This document shows positions 9,667 to 18,420 of a DNA stretch of 64,000 nucleotides, piece by piece. The stretch is from Ignavibacteria bacterium. Lineage in GTDB: Bacteria > Bacteroidota > Ignavibacteria > Kapaibacteriales > Kapaibacteriaceae. A program made the translations under genes and the position numbers. The stretch spans positions 951 to 64,950 of the forward strand of contig CANMBE010000006.1 in assembly GCA_947495975.1 (NCBI GenBank), read 5' to 3'. Under the pieces are notes generated by a model. The model searched no databases. It was not told the origin of the DNA and saw only the letters and a program-made list of their open reading frames with translations. Numbering within the stretch: position 1 is the stretch's first letter; every line of letters begins with the position of its first letter.

Positions 9667-10385
9667 AGATTGCTATTTCAAAGGCATCTGGTGCGGCTAA
9701 CTACGAAGGCTATGCACGTTGGCTGAGAGCAGTGGATTCAGATGTGCAGATTGTAGACATGATAGGGCGCAACCCAGAAGATGCAGTAATCGCTCTTAGC
9801 GAATGTGATGGGCTTGTATTGTCTGGCGGTCCTGATGTTGACCCTCAGCGCTATAATGAACCTGAAAAGAGAAATATGTGCGGTCTAATAGACCTTGATC
9901 GCGATGAACTTGAGTTTGCGTTAGCACGTGAAGCACGCGAGCTCTCCATTCCAATGCTTGGTATTTGCCGAGGCGCACAAGTTCTGAATGTTGCATACGG
10001 CGGCACGCTCTATGCAGACTTGCCAACAGCTAAGCCAAGCACCATAGAGCATCGACACATTGATTCTGCGGATTCATCGCACGTTGTACATGTTGAATCA
10101 GGATCCATCATCCGTCGCATTGCGGGTGTGTTTGATTCCAGCGTGAACTCTGCGCATCATCAGGCTGTAGAAAAACTTGCCAGCATCTTTACTCCCTCTG
10201 CCCTAGCTCCCGATGGTGTAATTGAAGCTTTTGAATGGGGCGATGCAACAATGGGTGGAAAGCCGTTTCTGCTCGCAGTGCAGTGGCACCCGGAGCGTAT
10301 GAGCTACGATGAGCCCCTTTCATTGAATATTGCTCGGCACTTTCTTCACGAAGCTGATGCGTATTCTGTACTCATTCGCAGGTAA
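9663..10385 (+). CDS. Gamma-glutamyl-gamma-aminobutyrate hydrolase family protein (peptidase C26, class I glutamine amidotransferase)
   Basis: LSGGPDVDP, GICRGAQ, VNSAHHQA and VQWHPE motifs. Confidence 0.92.
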   Translation: MKIAISKASGAANYEGYARWLRAVDSDVQIVDMIGRNPEDAVIALSECDGLVLSGGPDVDPQRYNEPEKRNMCGLIDLDRDELEFALAREARELSIPMLGICRGAQVLNVAYGGTLYADLPTAKPSTIEHRHIDSADSSHVVHVESGSIIRRIAGVFDSSVNSAHHQAVEKLASIFTPSALAPDGVIEAFEWGDATMGGKPFLLAVQWHPERMSYDEPLSLNIARHFLHEADAYSVLIRR

Positions 10386-10554
10386 CGAATTTCAACCTGT
10401 GCTATATCAGGTTTCTACGGCCGCACTCTCTCTGGGTGATATCGCTCAGCCAAAGTGCAGCATCCTTCGTTCTCTCCAGAATACTCATGTGCTGTTACTC
10501 ATCAGCTTCCGCAATCGATGTAAAGGTATGATTGAATGGATGTGGTATTGCGTA

Positions 10555-12309
10555 TCATTCCAACCGGGTGCTAGACTCATTACTGCTAGCTATAAAGCCA
10601 CTCCTGTTGTTGGGACGAAGTTGGACGTTGATCTGAAAGATTCCTGAGAGATCAATTCGCTTTTCTTTATCAACAACTCGCACGTCTTCGTGAAGAGAAC
10701 ATGAAGCCGCAAACCATTCAGCGATTTGCCAACGTATTGTGAGTGAACTTCGCGTTCCAACACCATTGCCAACAACGATTTGTAGTGCGCCAACAACGGT
10801 GGCATCTAACATTCGTGGAGCTACGTCTCCATTCGTAGCTGAGAACCGAGTCAGCCGCGCACGAATCGATATATCCTTTCGTGCACTCCATCGTATGTCT
10901 AGAAACATCAACGTTCCCTGATCAGTTGCGCCAAACTGTTCCCATATCTGCGCTCGTGTGTCTATTCGAAGTCTTCCAATGAGTGAGGGAGCTATGGGGA
11001 AGTCAACATCTGCACGAATCATGAAGAATGAGAATCTGCCCATTTGACGTGTTGCACTCAGCGAGTGTGCATCCGTGCCATGCTCGTATCGCAGCCGCGC
11101 GCTCGTGTTGATTCCGCGGAATGGTCTTGCAGTGAAGTCTGCTGTGAGGCCAGTCGTTGAAGTGGGAAGAGGCACGAGGTAAGACCTACTGATTCTACCG
11201 CCATATGCTAGTGCAAGAGATGCCGCTGCGTGTGGCGTAGGATGGAAACGAGCAGCTATAAGAAATCCCGCATGATTGTGTGGTGTTGATACAGTGTTTG
11301 TGGTTGAACCAAAGTCTGATCGAAAGTTGGGATCATACCACCAAAGTGCCATGCCAATGTCAGAATACTTCGTAGAGTATTCGGCGTTGATTTGTGCAGC
11401 GCTACGTAGAGAAGCGTCTAGTGCAATTTCTCCTGTTAAACTTCCGCCAGAAGTGTGGAACGCTGCACCAAGTGAGAGCAGCGATTGTTGTGAACCCGAA
11501 ACCATTGATGATATGATTGTCCATTGTTGAATCTGCGCCGAGCACGATGCAGCGAGAACAGTGTTCATAACTCCGTTTACATTCTGAGAGCTAAGAGCAA
11601 AGGTCAAATCAAAAAACGTGTTTGGTATTACAGTATGAATTGCAACGCCTCGTTGTAGTCCTTCTGTCACTGTGGATGTCCACGGGTGCATCTGCCAGGA
11701 TGTGCTTGAGGACGATAGAATGTCTGTTGGATTTCTTGCGAGAGCCCGAGCAGTTCCCATGATAAGTCCGGAGTTAAACCGAAGTGCAAAATCGCCCACA
11801 ACTATATCAACATTCTCTATTCGAGCTGTTGCCCAAAAACCAGAAATCTGTTTTCCAGCATAGCCCTGTAATGCATACGTAGCACCAACTCTACCAAGTG
11901 CGTACTGAACGTCTACCCGCGCAACGGCAGTACTTGTAGCCCTCGTTGGTAGTCGAATGAAGGCATCGGCCCTACTGATGAATCCACTACATGCGCACGT
12001 AAGAGATGTGCACGCCGTCAAAAGCACAAACTGATCTGATGTAAGGCAGAGTGTGTCGGCAAGATGTTCAATGCTGGTAATCGCACCAGAATTGACAGCG
12101 CGGATGATTGCAACGGCAGTGCGCTTGCCAATGCCAGGAATTTCTGTGAGGTCTTGTGCCTTGCAACAATGGAGACAGAGCGGATCTTCTCGGTGGCGTT
12201 CAAGCACGTCAAGTGCTGGTGCAATCCACGCACCATCGAGTAGATCATCGATCTGTGCGATTATTGTGAGCGGTATGCTACAGATCACGACAAGCAAAAT
12301 CAGCCTCAT
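10555..12309 (-). CDS. Helix-hairpin-helix domain protein with probable outer-membrane beta-barrel
   Basis: Signal peptide (IIA-Q), HhH motif LTEIPGIGKRTAVAI, then VVGDFALRFNSGL and many amphipathic beta-strands. Confidence 0.75.
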   Translation of the reverse strand: MRLILLVVICSIPLTIIAQIDDLLDGAWIAPALDVLERHREDPLCLHCCKAQDLTEIPGIGKRTAVAIIRAVNSGAITSIEHLADTLCLTSDQFVLLTACTSLTCACSGFISRADAFIRLPTRATSTAVARVDVQYALGRVGATYALQGYAGKQISGFWATARIENVDIVVGDFALRFNSGLIMGTARALARNPTDILSSSSTSWQMHPWTSTVTEGLQRGVAIHTVIPNTFFDLTFALSSQNVNGVMNTVLAASCSAQIQQWTIISSMVSGSQQSLLSLGAAFHTSGGSLTGEIALDASLRSAAQINAEYSTKYSDIGMALWWYDPNFRSDFGSTTNTVSTPHNHAGFLIAARFHPTPHAAASLALAYGGRISRSYLVPLPTSTTGLTADFTARPFRGINTSARLRYEHGTDAHSLSATRQMGRFSFFMIRADVDFPIAPSLIGRLRIDTRAQIWEQFGATDQGTLMFLDIRWSARKDISIRARLTRFSATNGDVAPRMLDATVVGALQIVVGNGVGTRSSLTIRWQIAEWFAASCSLHEDVRVVDKEKRIDLSGIFQINVQLRPNNRSGFIASSNESSTRLE

Positions 12310-13088
12310 CACCACGGGCACGTCAGTATCACGTGTGGTGACGTGCCAAGATTGTCTACGTGCCGAATACCAAGAATTATCTCAATAGTCTCAATCGATG
12401 CAATGTGCGCGTCTAAGCGAATAGTGAGCGGCGCAGAGAGAATAGCTGCTACAATTGTCACATCGGTTGCCGGTAACCAGACACCAGTGCATTGAAGTGC
12501 AACATCACCTTTGCTGTTCATCACAACGTCGGCAGCAACGCTATAGATGTCTGATGTAAACATGGCAGCGCATCGTACCCAGAGCGCAGGCTGTGACCCA
12601 ACTACAACAATGTCGTCAATTGAGGCCCCAAACGTCCACTGGTCGCGCCGCACCAGCGCGTTGATTCCTAACCGCACGTCCACCGAATTCGAGAACCCTC
12701 GCAGAATTGTCCAGCCAACCGTTGTTCTCAGACCCACGTGGAAGCCCGTCCCGGGCGACCATGTTGTGCGCCCACCAAGGACTACGTCTGACCAGCCGCT
12801 GGCGGACCTGCCTGAGAGCCACATTGAAACGGGCAGGTGGGGTAATCCGATGGCAAAAGTTGCCCTCGAGAGCTCCGTCAGTCCAAATGGTGCGGCGATT
12901 GCCTCTACTACGATCTGACTGTCGATTTCCCATGCGGGCACCTCCAAAGCGTCTATTTCGCTAAGAATCCCGCATCCAGAGGCACTCTGTTGAGCCAATA
13001 GGTGTCCGCTCAATATGAATATGACCGTAGCCGTCACCGCTTGGGTGCGTAGATTCGTTGGTACCCATTTTTGCTGAGAAGTTTCCAT
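12309..13088 (-). CDS. Hypothetical protein, probable small outer-membrane beta-barrel (PorV/PorQ-like character)
   Basis: Signal-like N-terminus, PFGLTELS motif, beta-rich, C-terminal Trp; TGATG coupling to the HhH gene. Start uncertain. Confidence 0.6.
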   Translation of the reverse strand: METSQQKWVPTNLRTQAVTATVIFILSGHLLAQQSASGCGILSEIDALEVPAWEIDSQIVVEAIAAPFGLTELSRATFAIGLPHLPVSMWLSGRSASGWSDVVLGGRTTWSPGTGFHVGLRTTVGWTILRGFSNSVDVRLGINALVRRDQWTFGASIDDIVVVGSQPALWVRCAAMFTSDIYSVAADVVMNSKGDVALQCTGVWLPATDVTIVAAILSAPLTIRLDAHIASIETIEIILGIRHVDNLGTSPHVILTCPW

Positions 13089-13098
13089 GGCAGTGTCA

Positions 13099-13992
13099 AT
13101 GCGTTCGGTTATCCTCCTTGTGGCGTTTTTGTGTGTAAACGTGACGCTCTCGGCTCAAGAATTAGATCCTATGGTGTCGGTCAATATGGATCCACTGCCG
13201 CAGGATCAGCGACAGGACGTGATTACCATGGCCTCAACGGTCAAGAACTACCTTAGCTCTAACCGATACACGGGTGGTGACTGGGAAGGCCCCAAAATCC
13301 CTGTAGACGTAACGATCTACATTAACTCTCGGAACGGAAATCGCTATTCGGGAAGAATCTCCATCGTTAGCAAACGCCTTATAAACAACACCGCTGGAAC
13401 GGGCGGTGGATTGCTCCGAGTGTTTGATCAGGATTGGGCATTTGAATGGGCATTTAACCCAACGCTTACGTATCAGCCCCTTCGTTTTGATCCATTCGTA
13501 AGCGTGGTAGACTTTTACATGCTCATCGCAATCGGGTTAGACCTGGACACGTATGAAGATCTTGGTGGATCTGCCATGTTCCAGGCTGCACAACAGATCG
13601 CACAGACCGGAAACGCCAACGGTGTTACGCAGTTTAGCACAGTGTACCAGCCGGGTCAGTTTACCCGCATGTCACTCATTACAGAGCTCAGCGACATGCG
13701 GTATCAAGGCCTGCGCAGACTCCTATTTGATTACCACGACGCTATTGATGCGTTTGCACTGAAAAAAGGTACGGGGCTTGCTGAAATCGAAGCTGTAATT
13801 CATGACATTGCCGACTTCAAGCGGACGAAGATCACAAATCGTAGCGTGTTTCTTCAAGTGCTCTTTGATGCAAAATCATTAGAGCTTGCAGATCTTTTCC
13901 GCGGCTATAAGGGTGAACAGATTTGGTCTGACTTGCGGTTTCTCGATCCCGGAAACGCTCAACAGTACGAAGCTGCACGCCAGGGAAATTAA
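13099..13992 (+). CDS. DUF4835 family protein (PorD-like, T9SS-associated)
   Basis: SA-QELDPMVSVN N-terminus; FYMLIAIGLDLDTYEDLGGS and LFDAKSLE motifs. Confidence 0.8.
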   Translation: MRSVILLVAFLCVNVTLSAQELDPMVSVNMDPLPQDQRQDVITMASTVKNYLSSNRYTGGDWEGPKIPVDVTIYINSRNGNRYSGRISIVSKRLINNTAGTGGGLLRVFDQDWAFEWAFNPTLTYQPLRFDPFVSVVDFYMLIAIGLDLDTYEDLGGSAMFQAAQQIAQTGNANGVTQFSTVYQPGQFTRMSLITELSDMRYQGLRRLLFDYHDAIDAFALKKGTGLAEIEAVIHDIADFKRTKITNRSVFLQVLFDAKSLELADLFRGYKGEQIWSDLRFLDPGNAQQYEAARQGN

Positions 13993-15192
13993 ATGCCTGA
14001 CGCACTTCGAAAGCATGAACAATTTATGCGCGAGGCACTAGCACTTGCGGCTGAAGCAGCAGAAGCAGGTGATGTTCCCGTGGGCTGCGTTGTGGTTTGT
14101 GAGGACGCAGTGGTAGGCCGAGGTGCCAATGAGATTCAGCGAATGGGAAATCCTACACGTCACGCAGAAATTGTTGCAATAGAAGACGCTTCGCGTTCGC
14201 TTGGAGAAAAGTTTCTGGAAAAATGCACACTCTATGTAACCCTAGAGCCTTGTGCGATGTGTGCTGGCGCAATTGTATTGTCTCGCATACCAACCGTTAT
14301 CTACGGTGCATCCGATCCCAAGACTGGCGCATGCCGCAGTGTGTTTGAGATTGTTGATGATCCGCGCCTCAATCATCAATCAATTGTCAGAACAGGAATA
14401 CTCGAAGAAGAATGCTCGGCTCAGCTAACGCAATTCTTTGCTGAGCGCAGGCAGGAGCCCCTTGTTCAATCAAATGATGAATCGCCAGCCATCAGCAAAA
14501 GTGGAGTGTTGTGGCTTGTGCCCACGCCAATTGGTAACCTTGATGATATGACGTTGCGAGCAGTAAAGACGCTGCGAGAGGCGGACGTGATTGTGTGTGA
14601 GGATACAAGACACTCAAGCCCCATGCTCAAACGATTTGATGTCCCCAAAAAACCACTGCTCAGTTATCACGAGCACAACGAGCGAGATAGAGCGAAAGAA
14701 ATTGTGGAGCGTGTTCGCATCGGTCAGCGTGTTGCCATGATAAGCGATGCCGGCATGCCAGGCATTAGCGATCCTGGGTACCGCGCAGTGCGTGCGTGTA
14801 TTGACGCTGGCCTCACTGTAACGGCATTGCCTGGTGCCTCGGCTATGGTCACAGCCGCTGCTGCCTCTGGTCTTCCAACCGATCTGCTCACATTCGTTGG
14901 GTTTCCTCCTCAGAAAAAGGGCCGGGTAGCATTTCTGCAAAAAATTCTCGCACAGAACGGCACGATCATCATGTATGAGTCTCCATATCGTCTGCTTGAT
15001 TTGTTGCGCGATATCGAAACGATAACTGGCCCCAACAGGCCAGCCGTAGTTGCTCGCGAGATATCCAAACTCCACGAAGAGTACGTGAGAGGAACTGTCA
15101 GCATCGTGATAGCCAGTCTTGCTGCAAAATCCTCCATCAAGGGTGAGTGTGTTGTGTTGATAGGGGGCGATATGGTTCAAGGAGGCATCTAA
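13993..15192 (+). CDS. tadA-rsmI: Fusion of tRNA adenosine(34) deaminase TadA and 16S rRNA (cytidine1402-2'-O)-methyltransferase RsmI
   Basis: N-terminal half: VPVG, HAE, LYVTLEPCAMCAGA, DPKTGA. C-terminal half: VPTPIGNLDD, CEDTR, SDAGMPGISDPG, YESPYR, REISKLHEE, KGE. No stop between them. Confidence 0.93.
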   Translation: MPDALRKHEQFMREALALAAEAAEAGDVPVGCVVVCEDAVVGRGANEIQRMGNPTRHAEIVAIEDASRSLGEKFLEKCTLYVTLEPCAMCAGAIVLSRIPTVIYGASDPKTGACRSVFEIVDDPRLNHQSIVRTGILEEECSAQLTQFFAERRQEPLVQSNDESPAISKSGVLWLVPTPIGNLDDMTLRAVKTLREADVIVCEDTRHSSPMLKRFDVPKKPLLSYHEHNERDRAKEIVERVRIGQRVAMISDAGMPGISDPGYRAVRACIDAGLTVTALPGASAMVTAAAASGLPTDLLTFVGFPPQKKGRVAFLQKILAQNGTIIMYESPYRLLDLLRDIETITGPNRPAVVAREISKLHEEYVRGTVSIVIASLAAKSSIKGECVVLIGGDMVQGGI

Positions 15193-15806
15193 TGCTCATC
15201 TCTTTTGAAGGCATTGATGGTAGCGGCAAAAGCACCCAGTTAGTGATGTTGCGCGAGGTGCTCGAGGATCGAGGATTAACAGTTGTCGTGATTCGCGAAC
15301 CAGGAGCTACGCTTCTTTCGGAATCTATCCGCGAGATACTTCTCAGTACAAAACAGACCATCACGCCTACCGCAGAATTGCTGCTTTTTAGCGCTGCACG
15401 AACACAGCTTGTAGAAAAAGTGATCGAGCCAGCTCTGAATGAGGGTTCAATTATCCTGTGTGACAGATACGTGGACAGCACAACGGCGTACCAAGGATTT
15501 GGCCGCAAGCTTGATTTGGATAGCGTTCGGCTGTGTAACAGGATAGCCACTCGGGGGGTCATGCCTACGGTAACATTCTTCATAGATGTTGCATACGAAC
15601 AGGCCCAGCAGCGTATGCAATTTGACCTCGGTGTAGGCGAGCCAGATAGAATGGAACGTTCCGGCAGAGACTTCTTTGAGCGAGTCCGTTATGGCTATCT
15701 GCAAATTGCAGTTGATGAGCCAGAACGATTTATGGTGATCGATGGTTCTCGTGATCGGTTGGAGATCCACAGCGACATTTTTTCAACTCTAGAACCTCTT
15801 CTCTAG
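15192..15806 (+). CDS. tmk: Thymidylate kinase
   Basis: FEGIDGSGKSTQ, REPG and CDRYVDSTTAYQG motifs; TAATG overlap with the upstream gene. Confidence 0.96.
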   Translation: MLISFEGIDGSGKSTQLVMLREVLEDRGLTVVVIREPGATLLSESIREILLSTKQTITPTAELLLFSAARTQLVEKVIEPALNEGSIILCDRYVDSTTAYQGFGRKLDLDSVRLCNRIATRGVMPTVTFFIDVAYEQAQQRMQFDLGVGEPDRMERSGRDFFERVRYGYLQIAVDEPERFMVIDGSRDRLEIHSDIFSTLEPLL

Positions 15807-15832
15807 AATCAGTTTTTTACGCACACTCCCTT

Positions 15833-18379
15833 ATGAACCGTAATATTTTTGTCTCTGTCATCTCGCTCTTTGTTCTGGGCTCCTTTGGTGCTTCGCTCCG
15901 CGGACAAACTGTAGTTGATACCCGTAAACTTCTTGTTTCGATTCAACCATCAAAGAGTGCTGCAAATTCTCAACTGACGGCATTCATTCGCCCGATGATG
16001 TTGCAGCATGATTTTGCGCGCACTGTGTTCGAGGTCCAAAGCAAGGAACTCACCCTTTCAAATTTCCCACTTCCAGGAAACACGGAAGCTTCGCTTGTTC
16101 TTGAGCGTTCGCGGGCTGTGTTCGATGCGAATACAGAATTTTATACACACACATCTGCTGGAAGAGTAGCATTAAATATTCGTCCCGTTGTTTCTTATCG
16201 TGGTACAATAGACGGAGACCCTGCAACGAAAGTATCCCTGCACTATAGCGAAGGTAGCCTCACTGGATTTGTAGTGATGGCAAATGGCCGCCGAACGGTT
16301 GTTGGCCGAGACTTTAGCAGCAAGCGCACCGATGGCGGCACGCCACATACAGTTGCCGATGAAGTATCGATGTTTGGTGTAGACCCACTCTCAAAGTTTC
16401 TTTGCGGCAATGACGCACTGCCAGTTGATGAGGCCGCTATAGCACGGCTTATGGTTATGCCTGCCAAAGCAAAAATCAGCGAACAAACTCAGGAAGATTA
16501 TCTAAGAGAATTCCGGATGGCAATGGTTGTCCGAGAAGACGTAGACAGTGTTATGAAGCTTCGTGGCGAAACAGATGAGGAGATCGTTCAATATTTTATG
16601 AAGATCGCTGCCGCAATGGCTCAGGCATATGAGGAAGACTTAGATGCGATGCTCTATGTTGGATACTTTGAGAAATTCACAGAGGACGAACCGTCTGGCC
16701 TCTACAATAATGGCTCAGCACCAGGTCAGCTCCTGTATGAGTTTTCGCGTGAATGGTCACAAACTCGGAACAGTGTAAATCGAAGTGTTGCCCATTGTTA
16801 TACTCTTATCCGGCCTTCCAATGGCTCGTTTGTAGGTGGCATCGCATTCCTAGGTACACTGTGTGAAAAAGCTTTTGGTGGCGCCTACGGCGTATCAACG
16901 TTGTATCTGAACGCATCCGAAATTCCAGGCGACCCTAATCGAGGTAATGGTTTTGTGTGGGACGTCTTTGTAGGTGCACATGAAATGGGTCACAATATCG
17001 GTTCACCTCACACGCACAGTTGTTACTGGAGTCCGGCAATTGATACGTGTCAGATTCAATCTGATGGCACTGATGCGTGCTACGATGACCAAAGTCTGCG
17101 CAGAGTCATTCCCGGCACAATCATGAGTTATTGTCACCTACCCAATGGCTCAAGCACCCCTCTAACGTTTGGTCCTCGAGCATCGCAAAAGATGCGCAGT
17201 TGGTTGGCAGAATCTACCTGTGCGCCCTTTGTAACGAAGGCTACTGTGAAGATTACAGAGCCTCGTGGTTCCGACAGCTACAATTATGGTGAGCGGATGA
17301 CCATTCGGTGGGCCTCTGCACGAGTGGCAAAAGTGAATATCCTATGGGGGCCAGCCGAAGTTGGTCCTTGGACAACCATTGCCATTAACATTAATGCCGT
17401 TGATCGACAGTATCTATGGACCGTTCCAGTTATGCCAGTCACAAATTTCTGGATCCGCATACAGGATGCATCGAATGCAAATGTGCACGATACGTCTCTT
17501 GCCAGTTATCGGTTTGCAACTCCTGTTATACTTGATGCACCGAAGGGTGGGGAACGTCTCGGTCAGGGATCCGCATTTAATATTCGCTGGACAAAGTCAG
17601 ATGGGATTGGTGATGTGAAGCTCGAGTATTCGCCAGACGGAACCAACTACCAAACTCTGGCTGCCCCATCGAGTGCAACAGCATACCAGTGGACTGTGCC
17701 AACGGTACTAACCGACAACGCGCGTATCAGAGTTGCGGCAGTTGCTATACCGGCGGCTCCTTCAATCAGTGGTGCGTTTTCGATAGGTGCTCGCAGGTTC
17801 TCATTGGAGCTTCCGGCAGAAAGCGGTTTTCTCTGCAAAAACAAAGTCAATCTTTTTCAGTGGACATCAGACTTTATTCCAACAATTCGCTTCCAATACT
17901 CCACCGATAATGGGGCTAACTGGCGAACGGCTACACAGCAATCAACAATAGATGCAACGCTGAGTTCATTGTTTAGCCGCAACGTAAATATGAACAGTGT
18001 GCCTGCAGGCACGACGCTCTTGCTACGCGTCGTAGATGCTCAAACTGAAGAGATTCTTGCTACGCGGAATCTCCTTCGTATGGATTCATGCGGCGCCGTC
18101 TCAGTAGATGAAACGCCTTCTGACGTTTTATTCTCAATGACACCAAATCCAGCTTCGACAACAATGCGACTAGAGATTGGGTCACAGACGTCGAATCTGA
18201 TTGATGTATTCTTGATCACAAACGATGGCCGCGAAATCATCCTACGAACTGGTATAAGCGCATCTCCAGGTACAATGAGCATTGATTTTCCACTAGCCGA
18301 TATAGCAGCCGGAGCATATCGTGTCTGTGTTCGTAGCAATGGCCAACAGGTGACAGCTCCACTGATAATCACCCGCTAG
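15833..18379 (+). CDS. M12B/reprolysin-like zinc metalloprotease, T9SS cargo (paralog 1)
   Basis: HEMGHNIGSPH zinc motif, Met-turn TIMSY, prodomain FLCGND, repeated Ig-like modules, TPNPA sorting domain. Confidence 0.92.
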   Translation: MNRNIFVSVISLFVLGSFGASLRGQTVVDTRKLLVSIQPSKSAANSQLTAFIRPMMLQHDFARTVFEVQSKELTLSNFPLPGNTEASLVLERSRAVFDANTEFYTHTSAGRVALNIRPVVSYRGTIDGDPATKVSLHYSEGSLTGFVVMANGRRTVVGRDFSSKRTDGGTPHTVADEVSMFGVDPLSKFLCGNDALPVDEAAIARLMVMPAKAKISEQTQEDYLREFRMAMVVREDVDSVMKLRGETDEEIVQYFMKIAAAMAQAYEEDLDAMLYVGYFEKFTEDEPSGLYNNGSAPGQLLYEFSREWSQTRNSVNRSVAHCYTLIRPSNGSFVGGIAFLGTLCEKAFGGAYGVSTLYLNASEIPGDPNRGNGFVWDVFVGAHEMGHNIGSPHTHSCYWSPAIDTCQIQSDGTDACYDDQSLRRVIPGTIMSYCHLPNGSSTPLTFGPRASQKMRSWLAESTCAPFVTKATVKITEPRGSDSYNYGERMTIRWASARVAKVNILWGPAEVGPWTTIAININAVDRQYLWTVPVMPVTNFWIRIQDASNANVHDTSLASYRFATPVILDAPKGGERLGQGSAFNIRWTKSDGIGDVKLEYSPDGTNYQTLAAPSSATAYQWTVPTVLTDNARIRVAAVAIPAAPSISGAFSIGARRFSLELPAESGFLCKNKVNLFQWTSDFIPTIRFQYSTDNGANWRTATQQSTIDATLSSLFSRNVNMNSVPAGTTLLLRVVDAQTEEILATRNLLRMDSCGAVSVDETPSDVLFSMTPNPASTTMRLEIGSQTSNLIDVFLITNDGREIILRTGISASPGTMSIDFPLADIAAGAYRVCVRSNGQQVTAPLIITR

Positions 18380-18420
18380 TCATTTTGTATCTTTATGCCA
18401 AGTTCCATTGAGAGTTGTCT

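Noticed and set aside
10386..10554. Protein-like minus-strand fragments between convergent genes
   Set aside because: Short, interrupted and without a recognisable motif.
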